Source of the DNA: Octopus sinensis
Taxonomy: Eukaryota
NCBI RefSeq assembly: GCF_006345805.1
Contig: NC_043005.1
Coordinates: forward strand, 28,582,001-28,646,000
Reading direction: 5' to 3'
DNA length: 64,000 bases
The translations under genes were made by a program, and so were the position numbers. This document shows positions 28,271 through 40,640 of this stretch, piece by piece. Every line of letters starts with the position of its first letter. Within the stretch, counting starts at the first letter, position 1. The notes below the pieces were generated by a model. That model saw nothing but the letters and a program-made list of their open reading frames with translations, made no database searches and had not been told where the DNA came from.

Positions 28271-28667
28271 AGGCGCAGGAGTGGCTGTGTGGTAAGTAGC
28301 TTGTTTACCAACCACATGGTTCCGGGTTCAGTCCCACTGCGTGGCACCTTGGGCAAGTGTCTTCTACTATAGCCTTGAGCCGACCAAAGCCTTGTGAGTG
28401 GATTTGGTAGACGGAAACTGAAAGAAGCCCGTCGTATATATGTATATATATATATGTGTGTGTGCATGTGTGTTTGTCCCCTTAGCATTGTTTGACAACC
28501 GATGCTGGTGTGTTTATGTCCCCGTCGCTTAGCGGTTCGGCAAAAGAGACCAATAGAATAAGTGCTGGGCTTACAAAGAATAAGTCCTGGGGTCAAGTTG
28601 CTCGATTAAAAAAAAGGCGGTGCTCCAGCATGGCCTCAGTCAAATGACTAAAACAAGTAAAAGAGTA
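28271..28667 (+). mobile_element. tRNA-derived SINE, full length, young (many CpGs retained)
   Basis: A-box TGGCTGTGTGG, B-box GGTTCAGTCCC, internal (TA/TG)n, 3' CAAATGACTAAAACAAGTAAAAGAG. Confidence 0.9.
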
Positions 28668-30534
28668 AGGGATTAACTATTAATGCAGACCAGATTTTTT
28701 TAGGCCTTATATCCAGTTTGTTTTTAAAGAAAGTTAACTCAAGCATTGGTCAATCTTGAGACTACTATCATCATCATCATATTGTTTTATGCCTGCTTTT
28801 CATTGTTTGTATAATTTGATCAATTTCACCTTTCATCATGGTCTTTCACATCTGGAATACACAAGAGCAAAAAAATTCAACCATTTTTTGTTGTTTGTCA
28901 AGTTTTCATAATTTTGGTATGGATTTTATTCCATTCCTCTCACCAACCACTTTACTCTATTGACTGGTGGCACAAATGATAATGTCTGCAGCAGAAATAG
29001 ACTCATCACAACTCTGTGTCAATGTTTTGAATCAGTTATTGTTCTTCTAGGTGAGTTGCCTAAACTGAAAGTTCTGGAATCCATGTCTCCTTTGTTGTTT
29101 TCCTTTTTATATTTTGCTTATCCTTTTTTTTTTCTCCATTTCGGTGTATTTTATTGAGTTACATCTATTACTTCCCTTTCACAGCACAGAATGGCCACAT
29201 TTCATCTAGAGAGACTCTCTGCCTGGATTAAAGCATCTCCTCTACTCTATATCATCTTAGTTATCAAAGATGAACCTTAGCTGCATATCTATTGGAGAAT
29301 TGGTGTAAAGTTGTTTCCCTTACAGTAGTAGTCTGAGACTGTCTTTCGTACCAAGAGTGAATTATCATGTTAGCCCATTGTTATCAGGATAGTGGGAAAG
29401 ACAGGGAATACCACCATCTGGACAGAGTGGTATTGTTATCTCTTGTCTGATTGAATGTTGACACATGCCTACGTGAAGAAAGGAGAGAATAGAATAGAGA
29501 GATGATGATGATGATGATGATAATAATAATAATTGTTCTTTCTGTGCTAAAAGAAGCAAAAACCAAATGAGATATTAAAACTGAATTATTAAATTAAAAC
29601 TCTTAACTTGCTTGAATAAATCATACTCTTGCATCTTTAACTTAAACTTAGATGCTCAGATACGCTTGTGATGATCTCACACGTTTTTAACTTGAAGAAT
29701 TTTGCTCTATTTGAATTAACATTCGTGATTGTGTATAAAAAAAACTTGTATCAATGATAATAAAGAGACCTAGAGAGATACAACTACTTCATAATCAAAA
29801 TATACATTTTTCATCTGTTATTAGAGAAGCTGTCAGTTTCTATAACGATTGTCTTAAAGATCACTGAACCAGACATTTTCAGAAAATTCCCCCCAAATAG
29901 TGTTATTTTCTGCCTGCCATCATTGCTAAATAGGTATGCAGGTATTTTGAAAATACTTCACAGTGCAATGGTCATGCCCTGCATTGTTGCAAGCTGCCCT
30001 TTGACAAGATTTAGCACCCATTCAGCAACCCTGCCTGGGATATGGTAAAGTCATGGGACTGCTGCTTGGTGGATTGTGAATCGCCAGAGGAAGAGTTCAA
30101 CTGAGCCAATGGTGCTTCTTACATTGACACTGAACAGAGGAATCTTAGAAGATCAATGGTCAGAATCACCAAGCTCTATCAAGGGAGTAACTTCAATGCA
30201 TTCATTGGGGTAGTGTCCATGGTTGTGTAATCAGCTAATAAACGATTCATTATGACCCAGCTTCCAAATCAAATAATAGAATTGGATGGCAACAGAGAGT
30301 CAGAGGAATCCATGCAAGCATTGGGACCAGATGGATCACTGGTAGGACATTCTGTCTAAAAAGATACTATTCTACATTTATCCTCATCATATTCTAAAGA
30401 TGTAGTGTGTGTACTTGTTTTTTTACCCTAGGGGATGCTTATAGAAAAATCTCTATGAAAATTCACCTAAAACCATTGACATGAAAATGTGTAGAATTAA
30501 AGACCTAACAAATGTTTTATATATATATTAATAG

Positions 30535-30800
30535 AAATGGTAAGATAACAAAAGAATGAAAGAGACCTCGATATTATGTAAATAGAGGAATTTATCTGTA
30601 AATATAATATGGGACAATTATTTGGTAGCAATGCTAAAACTCCAAGTTTCGGATGTCAGGGTGGAAACCCATGCCGCCATCTCTTCAGTTATCTGGCCAT
30701 TTTTTTGATGACCGGATAACTGAAGAGATAGCGACGTGGGTTTCCGCCCCGACATCCAAAACGTGGAATTTTATCATGGCTACCGAATAATTGTTACATA
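30535..30800. mobile_element. Fold-back element made of two head-to-head hammerhead-bearing repeats (Penelope-like)
   Basis: Arms of about 90 bp, 30608-30700 vs 30707-30800; each reads GATAA-CTGAAGA-GAT...ATCC-(G/A)AAAC...TTA(T/G)C. Confidence 0.7.
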
Positions 30801-30839
30801 TTATATATTTACACATACATACACACATATACTCCTACA

Positions 30840-31115
30840 CAGTGGCGGGCTGGCCAGGTTGCCATCTTACCAGATGGCAAGTGGACCCTTGTGCCATTAA
30901 AATCCATATATGGGGGCCCATGTTATTATTTAAGGGGCCCATTCCCTCAAGTTTGAGAATTTTTTATTCACTCCTGGAAGAATGCATAAATTATTTCAGC
31001 CTGGCTGTGTTTGTAGACAGTTGAAAAGAATACTTTTAACAAAAAAAAAATTAAATGATAGCATTGTAGTTGTGGGTGGGTCCCTTTAGTCTTCTGGCAA
31101 CCAATATTTTTAGAA
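30840..31115 (-). mobile_element. Second copy of the hAT-type MITE at 1552 (inverted, one TIR eroded)
   Basis: Starts CAGTGGCGGGCTGGCCAGG; reverse-complement match to 1565-1863 (ORFs 30791..31024 and 1693..1881 give near-identical peptides). Confidence 0.85.
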
Positions 31116-32039
31116 CAATTTCTGTCCCTTAATCACACCTTAACCTCTTGTCATCCAGCATAAAGCCACCCACCCCTATACTATTCCCTCCTCTTCAGTT
31201 GAGTTGTCATGTTTTGCAAATTGTCATTAGGAAGAGCAAGTAGTCATGGAGACCCCATGCTAAAGCAGAATTTGGAGTGCTTGACTAGCCACTGTTGAAC
31301 CATCCAATCCATGCCAGCACAAAAAACAGATATTGAATGATGATGAATGACAAATGCTGGACACCAAAACATGCCACTACTTATTACTATCCACCCCGTG
31401 TAAAATAAGACCTTTCACTCTTGACTCGTGAGAAATATGGCAATCACTATTGTTGTCTTATTTATTTCTCTCCTGGGTGCATTGGTGTTACTCAAATCCC
31501 TTAGTGCTCAGAAATCCCAATGCAGTGAATGATTTCACAACATTATTACTTTACTCTGCGGGTTTGTAAATATTTCAAAGATTATGCTAAAATTTTCCCA
31601 CCTCTTTCCTCATATTAATTAATAATTAATATTTCTATTAATTTATATCTATAAATGGTCCCTCTGCTATGTAATTAGAAGTTTTTCTCTTTAATTATCT
31701 CTCCATTGTTGCATTTCTCTTAGATTTTTTTAGTTAATTTTTTATCATTTTATTATCGGTTTGGTCTTGAAAGCACAATTGCTATACCCCTGGCCTTTAT
31801 AGGCCCTCCAAGACCAAATAATTGATGCTAATGACAGGCCTATTGATAACTGCTGAAGAGGTAAGTGTAGGGAGGGAATTAATGAGGTAAGAGAAGGAGG
31901 AAGAGGAGGAAAGGCAAGTGAACCAGACGTGCCTGAACAGAGGAAATTCAAGGAGCAGAAGCAACTTTAGTAGCAGTTGAGAGAGAACTTACTACTTCAA
32001 ATAGATTTGAGGTTGTAAGTCTTTCCAACCTACATCATG

Positions 32040-32200
32040 TTCATTATTTACATTTGACGGATATTTACCCTCATCTTGTTTGTTGTTAACACAACGTTTC
32101 GGTTGATATATTCACCAGCTTTCATCAGGTGTCTTGGGGAAATTTCGACCCTGGGGTTCTCGTTCCTAAGGTAGTTTTTGATGTTGTTATTATTATTATT
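32040..32200 (-). mobile_element. Penelope-like terminal repeat fragment with a minimal hammerhead (32088-32133)
   Basis: Minus strand reads GACAC-CTGATGA-A-AGCTG GTGAATATAT CAACC-GAAAC-GT-T-GTGTT. Confidence 0.65.
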
Positions 32201-32347
32201 ATTATTCAGGTCACTGCCTGGAATCAAACTCAGAATCTCGGGGTTAGCAGCCCCCACTCTTAACCATTACACAATTTGCCCATATATGTATTTCTGTAGA
32301 GTGATGAACTGTGATACCAACTTGTTGAATCAGTTTCCAGCCAAGTA

Positions 32348-33597
32348 CAAGGGGTGTTCATTAAAGATTTCCCCTGACCCACTTTCCAAAGACAGGGATA
32401 AACAAAACTTGGCATAATTATTAGTCCTTCTCTATAAAGCCACCACCAATGGTGACACATTTCTCCCATCGCTTTATGCAGCTGTGAAGACCTCATCTGT
32501 AGAAGTTGGTAGGTTGTGTCTGGAGCCAAGACTTTATCTAGGAAATAGGTTCATCATCATCCAAAAAGTGCTCCCCCTTCAAAAAAGACTTCATGGTTGG
32601 AAAGAGGTGGAAGACAGATGGTGTAAGGTTGGGAGAGGAAGGGAGATGAGAAAAGATTTCATAGCTGCAGGAATGTGCTTTCATCTGGGCAACATGTGCA
32701 TCGTGAACTGGGTGTTGTCTTGCAGAAGGCAGATTCCTTTGGCCTCTTTACTTTGATGGCACCCTACAATTTCTGCAGCAGAGAAGCATAATATGCCCCA
32801 TTAAATGTTGTGCCCTTTGCCAGAAAATCCATCATCACTACTCCATGCTAGTCCCAAAAGACTGTGAGCATCACCTTGCCTGCTGAGGACTGGACACAAG
32901 CCTTCTTTGAAGGTGGTGAGTTGTCATGCTTCTATTGCTTCAACTGGACTTCAGTCTCAGGATCATATTGATGGATCCATGTTTCATCCTGTACAATAAG
33001 TCTGCCGAAAAAGTCCTCCTCATTTTCTTGGCACATTGCCAAAATAGCTTGGGTGCAATTGACTCATTCCTGCTTCTGAAAAGGTGTGAGCATCCGGGGA
33101 ATCCATCGTGCAGACAATTTCCGCATGTGCAAATGGTCATGAATGATTTTTTTCCCATGGACCCTATACTTATCTTCACTTCTTGGGCTAGTTGCCAAAT
33201 AGTTATGCAGCGATCCTCCAAAATGGTGGCTTCTACTTTATGGATGGCATCGTCATCAATGGCAGAATGTGGTTGCCCAGGAATAGGAACAGTTTCCACT
33301 CTGCTTGACTATGTCATATGATGGTGCATCGTCACCATAAACTTCTTTCATCTTATCAAAAGTTCCTTTTGGTGTACAACCTTTCAAGTATAAGAACCTG
33401 ATCACTGTTCTGCATTCAACTGTGTCCATTATAACACCTTAGACCATTTCAGTTGCAGTAAAAGACAAACAAGTACGAGTGGAAAGCTGCAATTTATAAT
33501 GTAACATGTGGAGACATGTATGACTATATCTGTACAAGTTTCATTTCCTGCAATAACTGGAAGTGGGTCAGGAAAAATCTTAAAAGAACACCCCTCG
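32348..33597 (-). mobile_element. Full-length (1250 bp) but decayed mariner transposon
   Basis: TA TSD on both sides; TIRs CAAGGGGTGTTCATTAAAGATTTCCCCTGACCCACTT / AAGTGGGTCAGGAAAAATCTTAAAAGAACACCCCTCG; ORF 32940..33299 PIPGQPHSAIDDDAIHKVEATILEDRCITIWQLAQEVKIS; multiple frameshifts. Confidence 0.92.
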
Positions 33598-33930
33598 TAT
33601 ATTGAAGAGTATAACACTAACAATTGGATAGATTTCATTGATTTTGATCTTTGTATCAAGCTCACTGCAAATAACTCTTAAAGTTTTCTTGAAGTATTCT
33701 TTTTTGACAGTTTACTCTTTCATTTCTTCATATTCTTCTTGGTTTTCCTTGTGAACTGCCTTGATATTTAGTAGTCCAGAGCTCAAGTCATTTCTAAAAG
33801 TAGTTTCCTAGCAAAAATAAAGAAAACACAAGAAATACATAAAACTGGCAGATTTTTAACATCAAATAATTCACCAATTATTTGATGTTGCTATAACAAC
33901 CTGTAATAAAGTTAGTGCTTTTGTTAATCT

Positions 33931-34275
33931 TGGAAGGGTCGTAATGCTAATAATAAACACATGCACTGATTTTATTTTACTTTTATTGTTATTAGTCAAT
34001 TAATAATTTAACCAACTGTTTGATTAATCATTCAGTCAATCAATCAGTTAGGTTTGTCAAAGTTTGTTCATTGCCATTCCTAAGCCCTCCTGAAACAGAT
34101 GAGCTCACGAATGGTGACAAAAGAACTGCGATAAATCTTGCTGATTGATTGACCGAATGATTAACCAAACAATTGATGAGTTAATTGGTTAAATGATTAA
34201 CCAACTGATTTATAAAAATAAAGAAGCAAAATAAAACTTGTGCATGTGTTTATTATTGGCATAATGACCCTCCCA
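33931..34275. repeat. Fold-back (long imperfect inverted repeat), MITE-like
   Basis: TGGAAGGGTCGTAATGCTAATAATAAACACATGCAC... vs ...GTGCATGTGTTTATTATTGGCATAATGACCCTCCCA, with further inner arm matches. Confidence 0.75.
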
Positions 34276-34985
34276 TGATACAAAAAAATCTGTTTCAACA
34301 CATAAGTTCATTTCAAGAATCTTGCAAGCCAAATACAAAAATGGAATGTTGATGTTAGAATCTTAGTCCTATAGAAACAAAACTAGTACAAAGACAACAA
34401 AACCAAATAACGAAAATCTAAAATCTAGATAAAGACTTCTCCTAGTAATGATCGACATTGTTGCTACTATTACTGGAGATATCTTTGTCATAAAGAAGAT
34501 AGACCAGCTGACAATTCCTGATTGACAGACACTGCTGCTGCTTCTAATGTAGAGATAAACAGCTGATAACTCTAGCATTAGGTCAATCAGTGCCAACACT
34601 AGTCCATTCTGTAGAAACAGTTCATAAATATCAAAATTCCATCTATGAACAGTTTGCTTATGATGATGATAATGATGTCCTGTGCAGTTTCTGATGTTTC
34701 TACTGGACATCATCATCATCGTTGTCATTATCATCTATGTTATTGGTACCATGTTATGATATCTATAACATAGCCAAAACTTATATGTTAGGGGCTAGGC
34801 CTTGTCTTCAGAGTTAGAAACTACTTCAGCTCTGCACAATTTTTCCCCACACTGAGGTATTGTGTCTCGTTCAAAACTCTACAGTCACTGTATCTTCTCA
34901 ATTCTTTAATAGTTTCTTCTCTTCTGCATTGATAATCCATGTCCCTTCTGGTTCAACCATCCTTCCTCTTATTATCACTATTGTG

Positions 34986-35375
34986 GGCCTAGCTGTGTGG
35001 TTAAGAAGCTTGCTTCCCAATCATGTGGTTTCAAGTTCAGTCTCACAACATGACATCTTGGACAAAAGTTTTTTGTTATAGCTCTTGTCAACCAAAGTTT
35101 TGTGAGTGTATTTGGGTAGGTGGAAACTGAAAGAAGCCTATTGTGTGTGTACCATGTCTTTACATGATGGTTGTTAAACAAGTGTCCCCAGCATAGAAAT
35201 GATGCTGCTCATTTTCAGTCTTCTATGAAAAACATGTCTGGCCATTCTTGGAAACAGCTGTAGTTTGGTGACAAGAAGGGCATGTGACTGTGCAAAATCT
35301 GCCTCAATAAATTCTGTCTGACCCATGCAGGCATGCAAAAGTGGATGTTAAAACAATGATGGCGATGACAATGAT
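34986..35375 (+). mobile_element. tRNA-derived SINE with LINE-like tail (decayed)
   Basis: Colinear with 27222-27645. Confidence 0.75.
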
Positions 35376-36254
35376 ACTAGTTTTGTGGAGGGTTTTTATT
35401 CCAGAAAGTCAATGACTCAGATTAAGTCTATCCGGATTTGAGCTAAGATTGTAAAGAGATACAAATACTGAAAGCTGTGTAACCATTCTTAGACTATTTT
35501 GCTATTTCTGCCATTTTTCAGGCCTTTGTTATAAGTGCATAGGGCAATGGGTTTGGGTTGACAGAATCTGTGGTGTTGGCAAGGAAGTGGATTTACACAA
35601 TTGGCAGAGTAGCAAGACAATGGATTGGACAGAATTGGTAGACAAGACAGTGGGTTGGCAGAAATTACACAATTTGTAGAAATCAATAATTTCTTACATG
35701 AGCTGAGATGACTTTATAAAATGAAGGGAAAGTTTATCCAAATTAACTGTTGTATATTACGGTTGCTTAATTCATCGTTCCTGGGTGCATGGAAGGTAGT
35801 TGATTCTGGACAGGTTTGAATTAAAATGTTGAGGGATGAAGCTAAAGGTATTTACTTTTTACTTCATGATTTCTGCCAACTAACCACCTTAATAACAATG
35901 ATAATTAAAACAACAACTACTCTGATAATGAGAACATTAATGATGATAACTATGATGATGATAGTAATGGCTCCAAATAGTTTCTGACACTAAAATAATT
36001 GAATGTAAAGTGAGAAGTTAGTAGTAAGTTGTCTTATTAGTTGCTGATAAAATGTTTTGACTGATTGCTTCTTTGTGAACCATGAAAGGTCTGAATTATT
36101 TACAAAATATCAATATAATTACCACATTGTAACATCAGTTGTGATCAACTAATTTCATATTCAATTATTCTTATTGACTGACTTTCTCTCGAAATCATAT
36201 GCGTGTTTGTTTGGGTATATATACATATACATTATGCATGTAGATTTGTGCATA

Positions 36255-36260
36255 TAAATA

Positions 36261-36333
<73 letters not shown>

Positions 36334-36337
36334 ATGC

Positions 36338-36413
<76 letters not shown>

Positions 36414-36427
36414 CACACACACACACA
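36255..36427. repeat. Long compound (TG)n/(TA)n/(CA)n microsatellite
   Basis: Direct reading; source of the IYIY ORFs. Confidence 0.95.
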
Positions 36428-36850
36428 TAATGTATATTTATGTTTTTGTGTGTATGTGTTATATATTGTTTCACTGTTCTTTCTTGCATGCTTTTATATG
36501 GTACCATACCTGTATTAATATCAGTGGTGAAAATGAATTATATGTTTGCATCTTCATAGTTTAACCAGCAACATTTCAGCCATATTTCTGGAAAAGAACA
36601 ATTTATATTTTCTGAAAAATGATTCATTTTCCAGAAGGAAACTGTCCATGTTTATCAATTTAGAAAATACAATCTACTTGTATAATTATTATTTTCTCTT
36701 ATAAAATGTTTTTAATTATTAAATGAGTATTTTTAAACTTTATTTTTCTGATGTTCTAGTTTTATTAGAAAATTGTACAAAACAAATAAGAACAGCTTCA
36801 AAAAGCACATCAAATTTCCTAGGTTACTTTTTTTCTGTTCTTTTCTTGAA

Positions 36851-36885
<35 letters not shown>

Positions 36886-36963
36886 GGAATCTATTTGCAA
36901 ATATTTTGTTTCCTTTTGTTTTGTTGTTGTAAAATACAATTTCTTATTTCTTTTGTTTGACAG

Positions 36964-37043
36964 TGTGCAATTTTGTGGTCCATGATAGATGTCTGAAAAC
37001 AGTTGTCTCAGCCTGTTCAAGCATTGCCACAAATTTGATCAAA
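36964..37043 (+). CDS. DGKQ: Diacylglycerol kinase theta, internal exon (C-terminal half of C1 domain 1)
   Basis: Polypyrimidine tract + cag|TG...ATCAAA|gtaagt; 80 nt, phase 1 to 0; reads (V)CNFVVHDRCLKTVVSACSSIATNLIK, matching the DGK-theta C-x4-H-x2-C-x7-C pattern and running in frame into the next exon. Confidence 0.93.
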
Positions 37044-37278
37044 GTAAGTCTACTTTTTATTTACCATATTTGATGGCTTATAAGCCACACCTTTTTTCAC
37101 CCCAAAATAGCTTTAAAAATCCCTCTGCATCCAGTGCACACAATGTAGGCACAAAACTCACTCAAAACAGTATGTATGTTTACAAAATGTGTGTTGCCAT
37201 CTGTTGGTGAACAATCACCTACAGTAGGTTTATATCGAATGTGGATGCAATAAATTCCTTATAATTACTGGTAATAAT

Positions 37279-37696
37279 GGATCTTTTCAGTTTGAACGGC
37301 AGTTTTTAACATAATTTCTAGGTAACTAAAAAATTTTAAACTTCATATACTGGTAGAATGTGTTCATAAAACATCTTATTCTCTTGGCCTTATTGAGAAA
37401 ATTCTATAGTTTGTAAGATATTTGTTGTTTTTTTTTCTTCAATTTCTGCAATTTCAACCAATCACTGACGTCTATTGAGGTAAAAAAAACATTCTGTGCC
37501 GTATGAATATGTCCCTCGTTTAAGAAACAGATTGGGTTTATTTACATTTGTGAAGAAAAAAAGATACCCTTCCCCCTAACCCTAACTAACCCTAACACAG
37601 ATTGAAATGCAATAGATCGATACTAGGGTCATAATTATGGGTGACAATTTCATATGACACCGCTAGAAAAAACTGCCGTTCAAACCGAAAAGATCC
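37279..37696. mobile_element. Non-autonomous DNA transposon (MITE, 418 bp)
   Basis: TIR of about 29 bp, GGATCTTTTC(A/G)GTTTGAACGGCAGTTTTT, at both ends; flanks GTAATAAT / GTAATAAC; internal CCCTAA repeats. Confidence 0.88.
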
Positions 37697-38275
37697 GTAA
37701 TAACATAAAGTTACACAGGTAAGTGGAGGAATTTAAACATTATTTTAGTGGTAATTTATTTTACAAAAAGTATAGCCTAGGCTAGGGTGTGTCCTATGTT
37801 CTCGTGCATCTTAAAGGCCATCAGATATGGTAGTCTCCACTAAGAGTAACCTTGCAACTATTTTACTGTTTATCATCACATTTTAAACTTTACAAGTGCC
37901 TCCACCACATCACCACTCCATAACTCACAGTGTTTATCTTTTTGTCTTTTACTTGTTTCACTCATTGAACTGCAGCCATGCTGGAGCACTGCCTTGAAAG
38001 ATTTTTAGTTGAATAAATAAACTTTAGTACTTTTTTTTGTTTTTTATTTTTCTTTTGAAGTCTGGTACTTTTCCAAACTGCCCAGTTACAGGGATGTAAA
38101 CAAACCAGTACTGATTGTCAAATGGTTGGGAGACAAATACTCACACACACACACATATGTAATCATCATTTAAGAACTGTTGTCCATTCTGGCATGAGTT
38201 AAACGGTTTAACAGGATCCAGTGAGCCATGGGGCTGCATCATGTCCCATGTCAGCTTTGGTATGGTTTCTTAAGG

Positions 38276-38504
38276 GCGCTGAGCTGGTAGCAACATTAGC
38301 ATGCCGGCCGAAATGCTTAGCGGTATTTCGTCTGCGTTACGTTGTGAGTTCAAATTCCGCCGAGGTCGACTTTGCCTTTCATCCTTTCGGGGTCGATAAA
38401 TTAAGTACCAGTTACGCACTGGGGTCGATGTAATCGACTTAATACCTATGTCTGTCCTTGTTTGTCCCCTCTGTGTTTAGCCCCTTGTGGGTAATAAAGA
38501 AATA
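38276..38504 (+). mobile_element. Young tRNA-derived SINE inserted into an RTE 3' tail (host about 38165-38580, minus)
   Basis: B-box GAGTTCAAATTCC; TSD GGTTTCT(T)AAGG at 38264-75 and 38505-15; the host repeat resumes colinearly. Confidence 0.88.
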
Positions 38505-39894
38505 GGTTTCTAAGGCTGGATGTCCTTGCTAATGCCAACCACTTTACGCAGCGTACTGGATGCTTTTTGTTCAGCCAAGTAACTTTGCAAGACAGGAAAG
38601 GACAAGAAAAGGGAAGAGGAAAAATAGAGAAAGGGAAAGACTCTTTTGACTAGGGGGATTTGAGAGGGAGGAGAGGTAATTTTTATGCCAGGACCAAGTT
38701 GGTGTCTTGCTACAGAGAAAATACTGGGCTACTCCACATTCATATAAGGGTGGATGAGAGTCTCTGGGGAAAAAGGTAAGATGGTAGTGATGAGCAAAGC
38801 CTTCATGAAGCAAGAGATGGTACAGGAGGGGAGGAGTGTTTTATCGAGGTGGGAGGAGAGAGTACCACATGGTTAGAGATTAATGTAGTAAAGAACAGAA
38901 GTGGAAATGCAGCTTCAAGGGAAATATCAGTTGGGCAGGGGCTAAGATGAGAAGAATAGGAATGGCTCAGGAATGATAGTTCATTGACCATATTAATTCA
39001 TGAAGCACTAGTTGGCTTAGGGCTATAAGAGAAGACATTACTGAACAGTGGGACTGAACCCAAAATCACATGATTGCAAAATAAGCTTCTTAACCACCTG
39101 GCCATGCCCTTTGTTCATCTTTTGATGTTTTTGTTGTGGCAAGAGTCATTGACACCCCTAATAGATTGGAAGAATGGACTAGCTGAACTCTTATTAAGAG
39201 TAGTGTATTGGTTGAGACAGGACATTCAGTGGGAGTTGTTGAGGGGGTGTTTTGGAGTCTCGTGAAGTATATCGTGTAAACACATTGATTTTACCTCCAC
39301 TTCATTAATTATATATCCAACGTTTGTCTTGGATATTCATATCATATTTCTATTTAAACTTGCTGATACAAATCTACCTGAGACTGCCCTTGCTGCTTCT
39401 ATGATAACAATTGCTAGTTTTAAAGTGACCTAAATTAACCTTTCATGTTAATTTATGTTTGAAATACTAGTTTAATAATGACTCAATTATTTTATACCAT
39501 CTTCATTATTTTCAAAAGTAATTGAAACAAAAGCAATGTATTTCAATAGAATTATGATAATGAAAGAGTTAAAACACAGAGCCTTTGTTACCATGAATTT
39601 TGAAAATAATGGAGTCTTTTGTTAAAATAACTTTACCATTATTAAATTGGTATTTAGAACATAAATTACTGTGAAATTTTGATAGAACCTTTATCTAATT
39701 TAGATCACTTTAAAACAGGAAGTTAATGTCATAGAACCAAAAGTGATCTCAGATGGTTTGACATGAAAAAGGTTAACATCCATTACATACCATGAGATGT
39801 TAGATATATCTGCAGCACATAATATCTCATTCCTGTATCATGACTTCAGTCCATTATTTTTACCAGTTGTTCTCAATTTGTCGTCATTCTGTTT

Positions 39895-40640
39895 ATCATC
39901 ATTTAATGTCTGTTTTCCATGTGGGCATGGGTTGGATGGGTTGACAGGAGCTGGCCAGATGAAGAGCTGTCCAGGCTCCATGTCTGTTTTGACATGGTTC
40001 CTATGACTGGACGCCCGTCCCACTGCTTTACAGAGTGAACTGGGTGCTCTTATGCAACACAGGCACTGGTGCATTTCCATGGCACTGGGTGCTTTTTGTG
40101 ACATCAGCACCCACAAACACGCAAGATAAAGAACGCTCTGCTGGAGTGGGTTGCAGGGGACAAGCTTGTATGCAAAGACAATCATGCTTTTACTTATCTT
40201 AACATGTCTTTTCAAGCACAGCAAACTGCCAGGAGTTTTGGTCCTTCTGTAAGTCCCAACTTTTGTAGATCCTTTCTCACCACTTCATTCCATGTCTTCC
40301 TGGGTCTACCCCTTCCATATGCTCCCTATACAATTAGAGATCAGCACCTCTTGATGCAACTGTCTTCATTCATACACATTACATGACCCTACAAGCACAG
40401 TCTTCTCTCTTGCATATTACATTTGATGCCCTCTATATCCAGTTCTTTTCTCAAATCACTTACACCTGGTCATGTATGCACACTGATATTACCCATCCAG
40501 CAAAGCATACTGGCTTCATTCCTTTCAAGCCTTTGCATGTCCTCTGTAGTCATAGCTCATGTCTTATTGCCATGTAGCAGAGCTTTTCTTACACAAGCAT
40601 CATACAATCTGCCTTTCACTCTAAGGGTGAGGCCCTTCAT
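39895..40640 (-). mobile_element. RTE LINE 3' end plus ORF C-terminal fragment
   Basis: Tail at 39895-40060; 40290-40640 is colinear with 54440-54800. Confidence 0.75.

Noticed and set aside
33712-33807. Minus-strand candidate terminal exon after a good acceptor (ttttgctag|ETTFRNDLSSGLLNIKAVHKENQEEYEEMKE*)
   Set aside because: No recognisable homology and no supportable upstream partner exon; acceptor-like sites arise by chance in AT-rich DNA
34369-34734. 121-aa hydrophobic minus-strand ORF, a possible nested gene
   Set aside because: Starts in a (GAT)n repeat, has no domain motif and no clear donor site
36195-36564. ORFs rich in IY/CV/HT (also at about 4.3, 6.2, 19.9 and 48.0 kb)
   Set aside because: Translations of dinucleotide microsatellites
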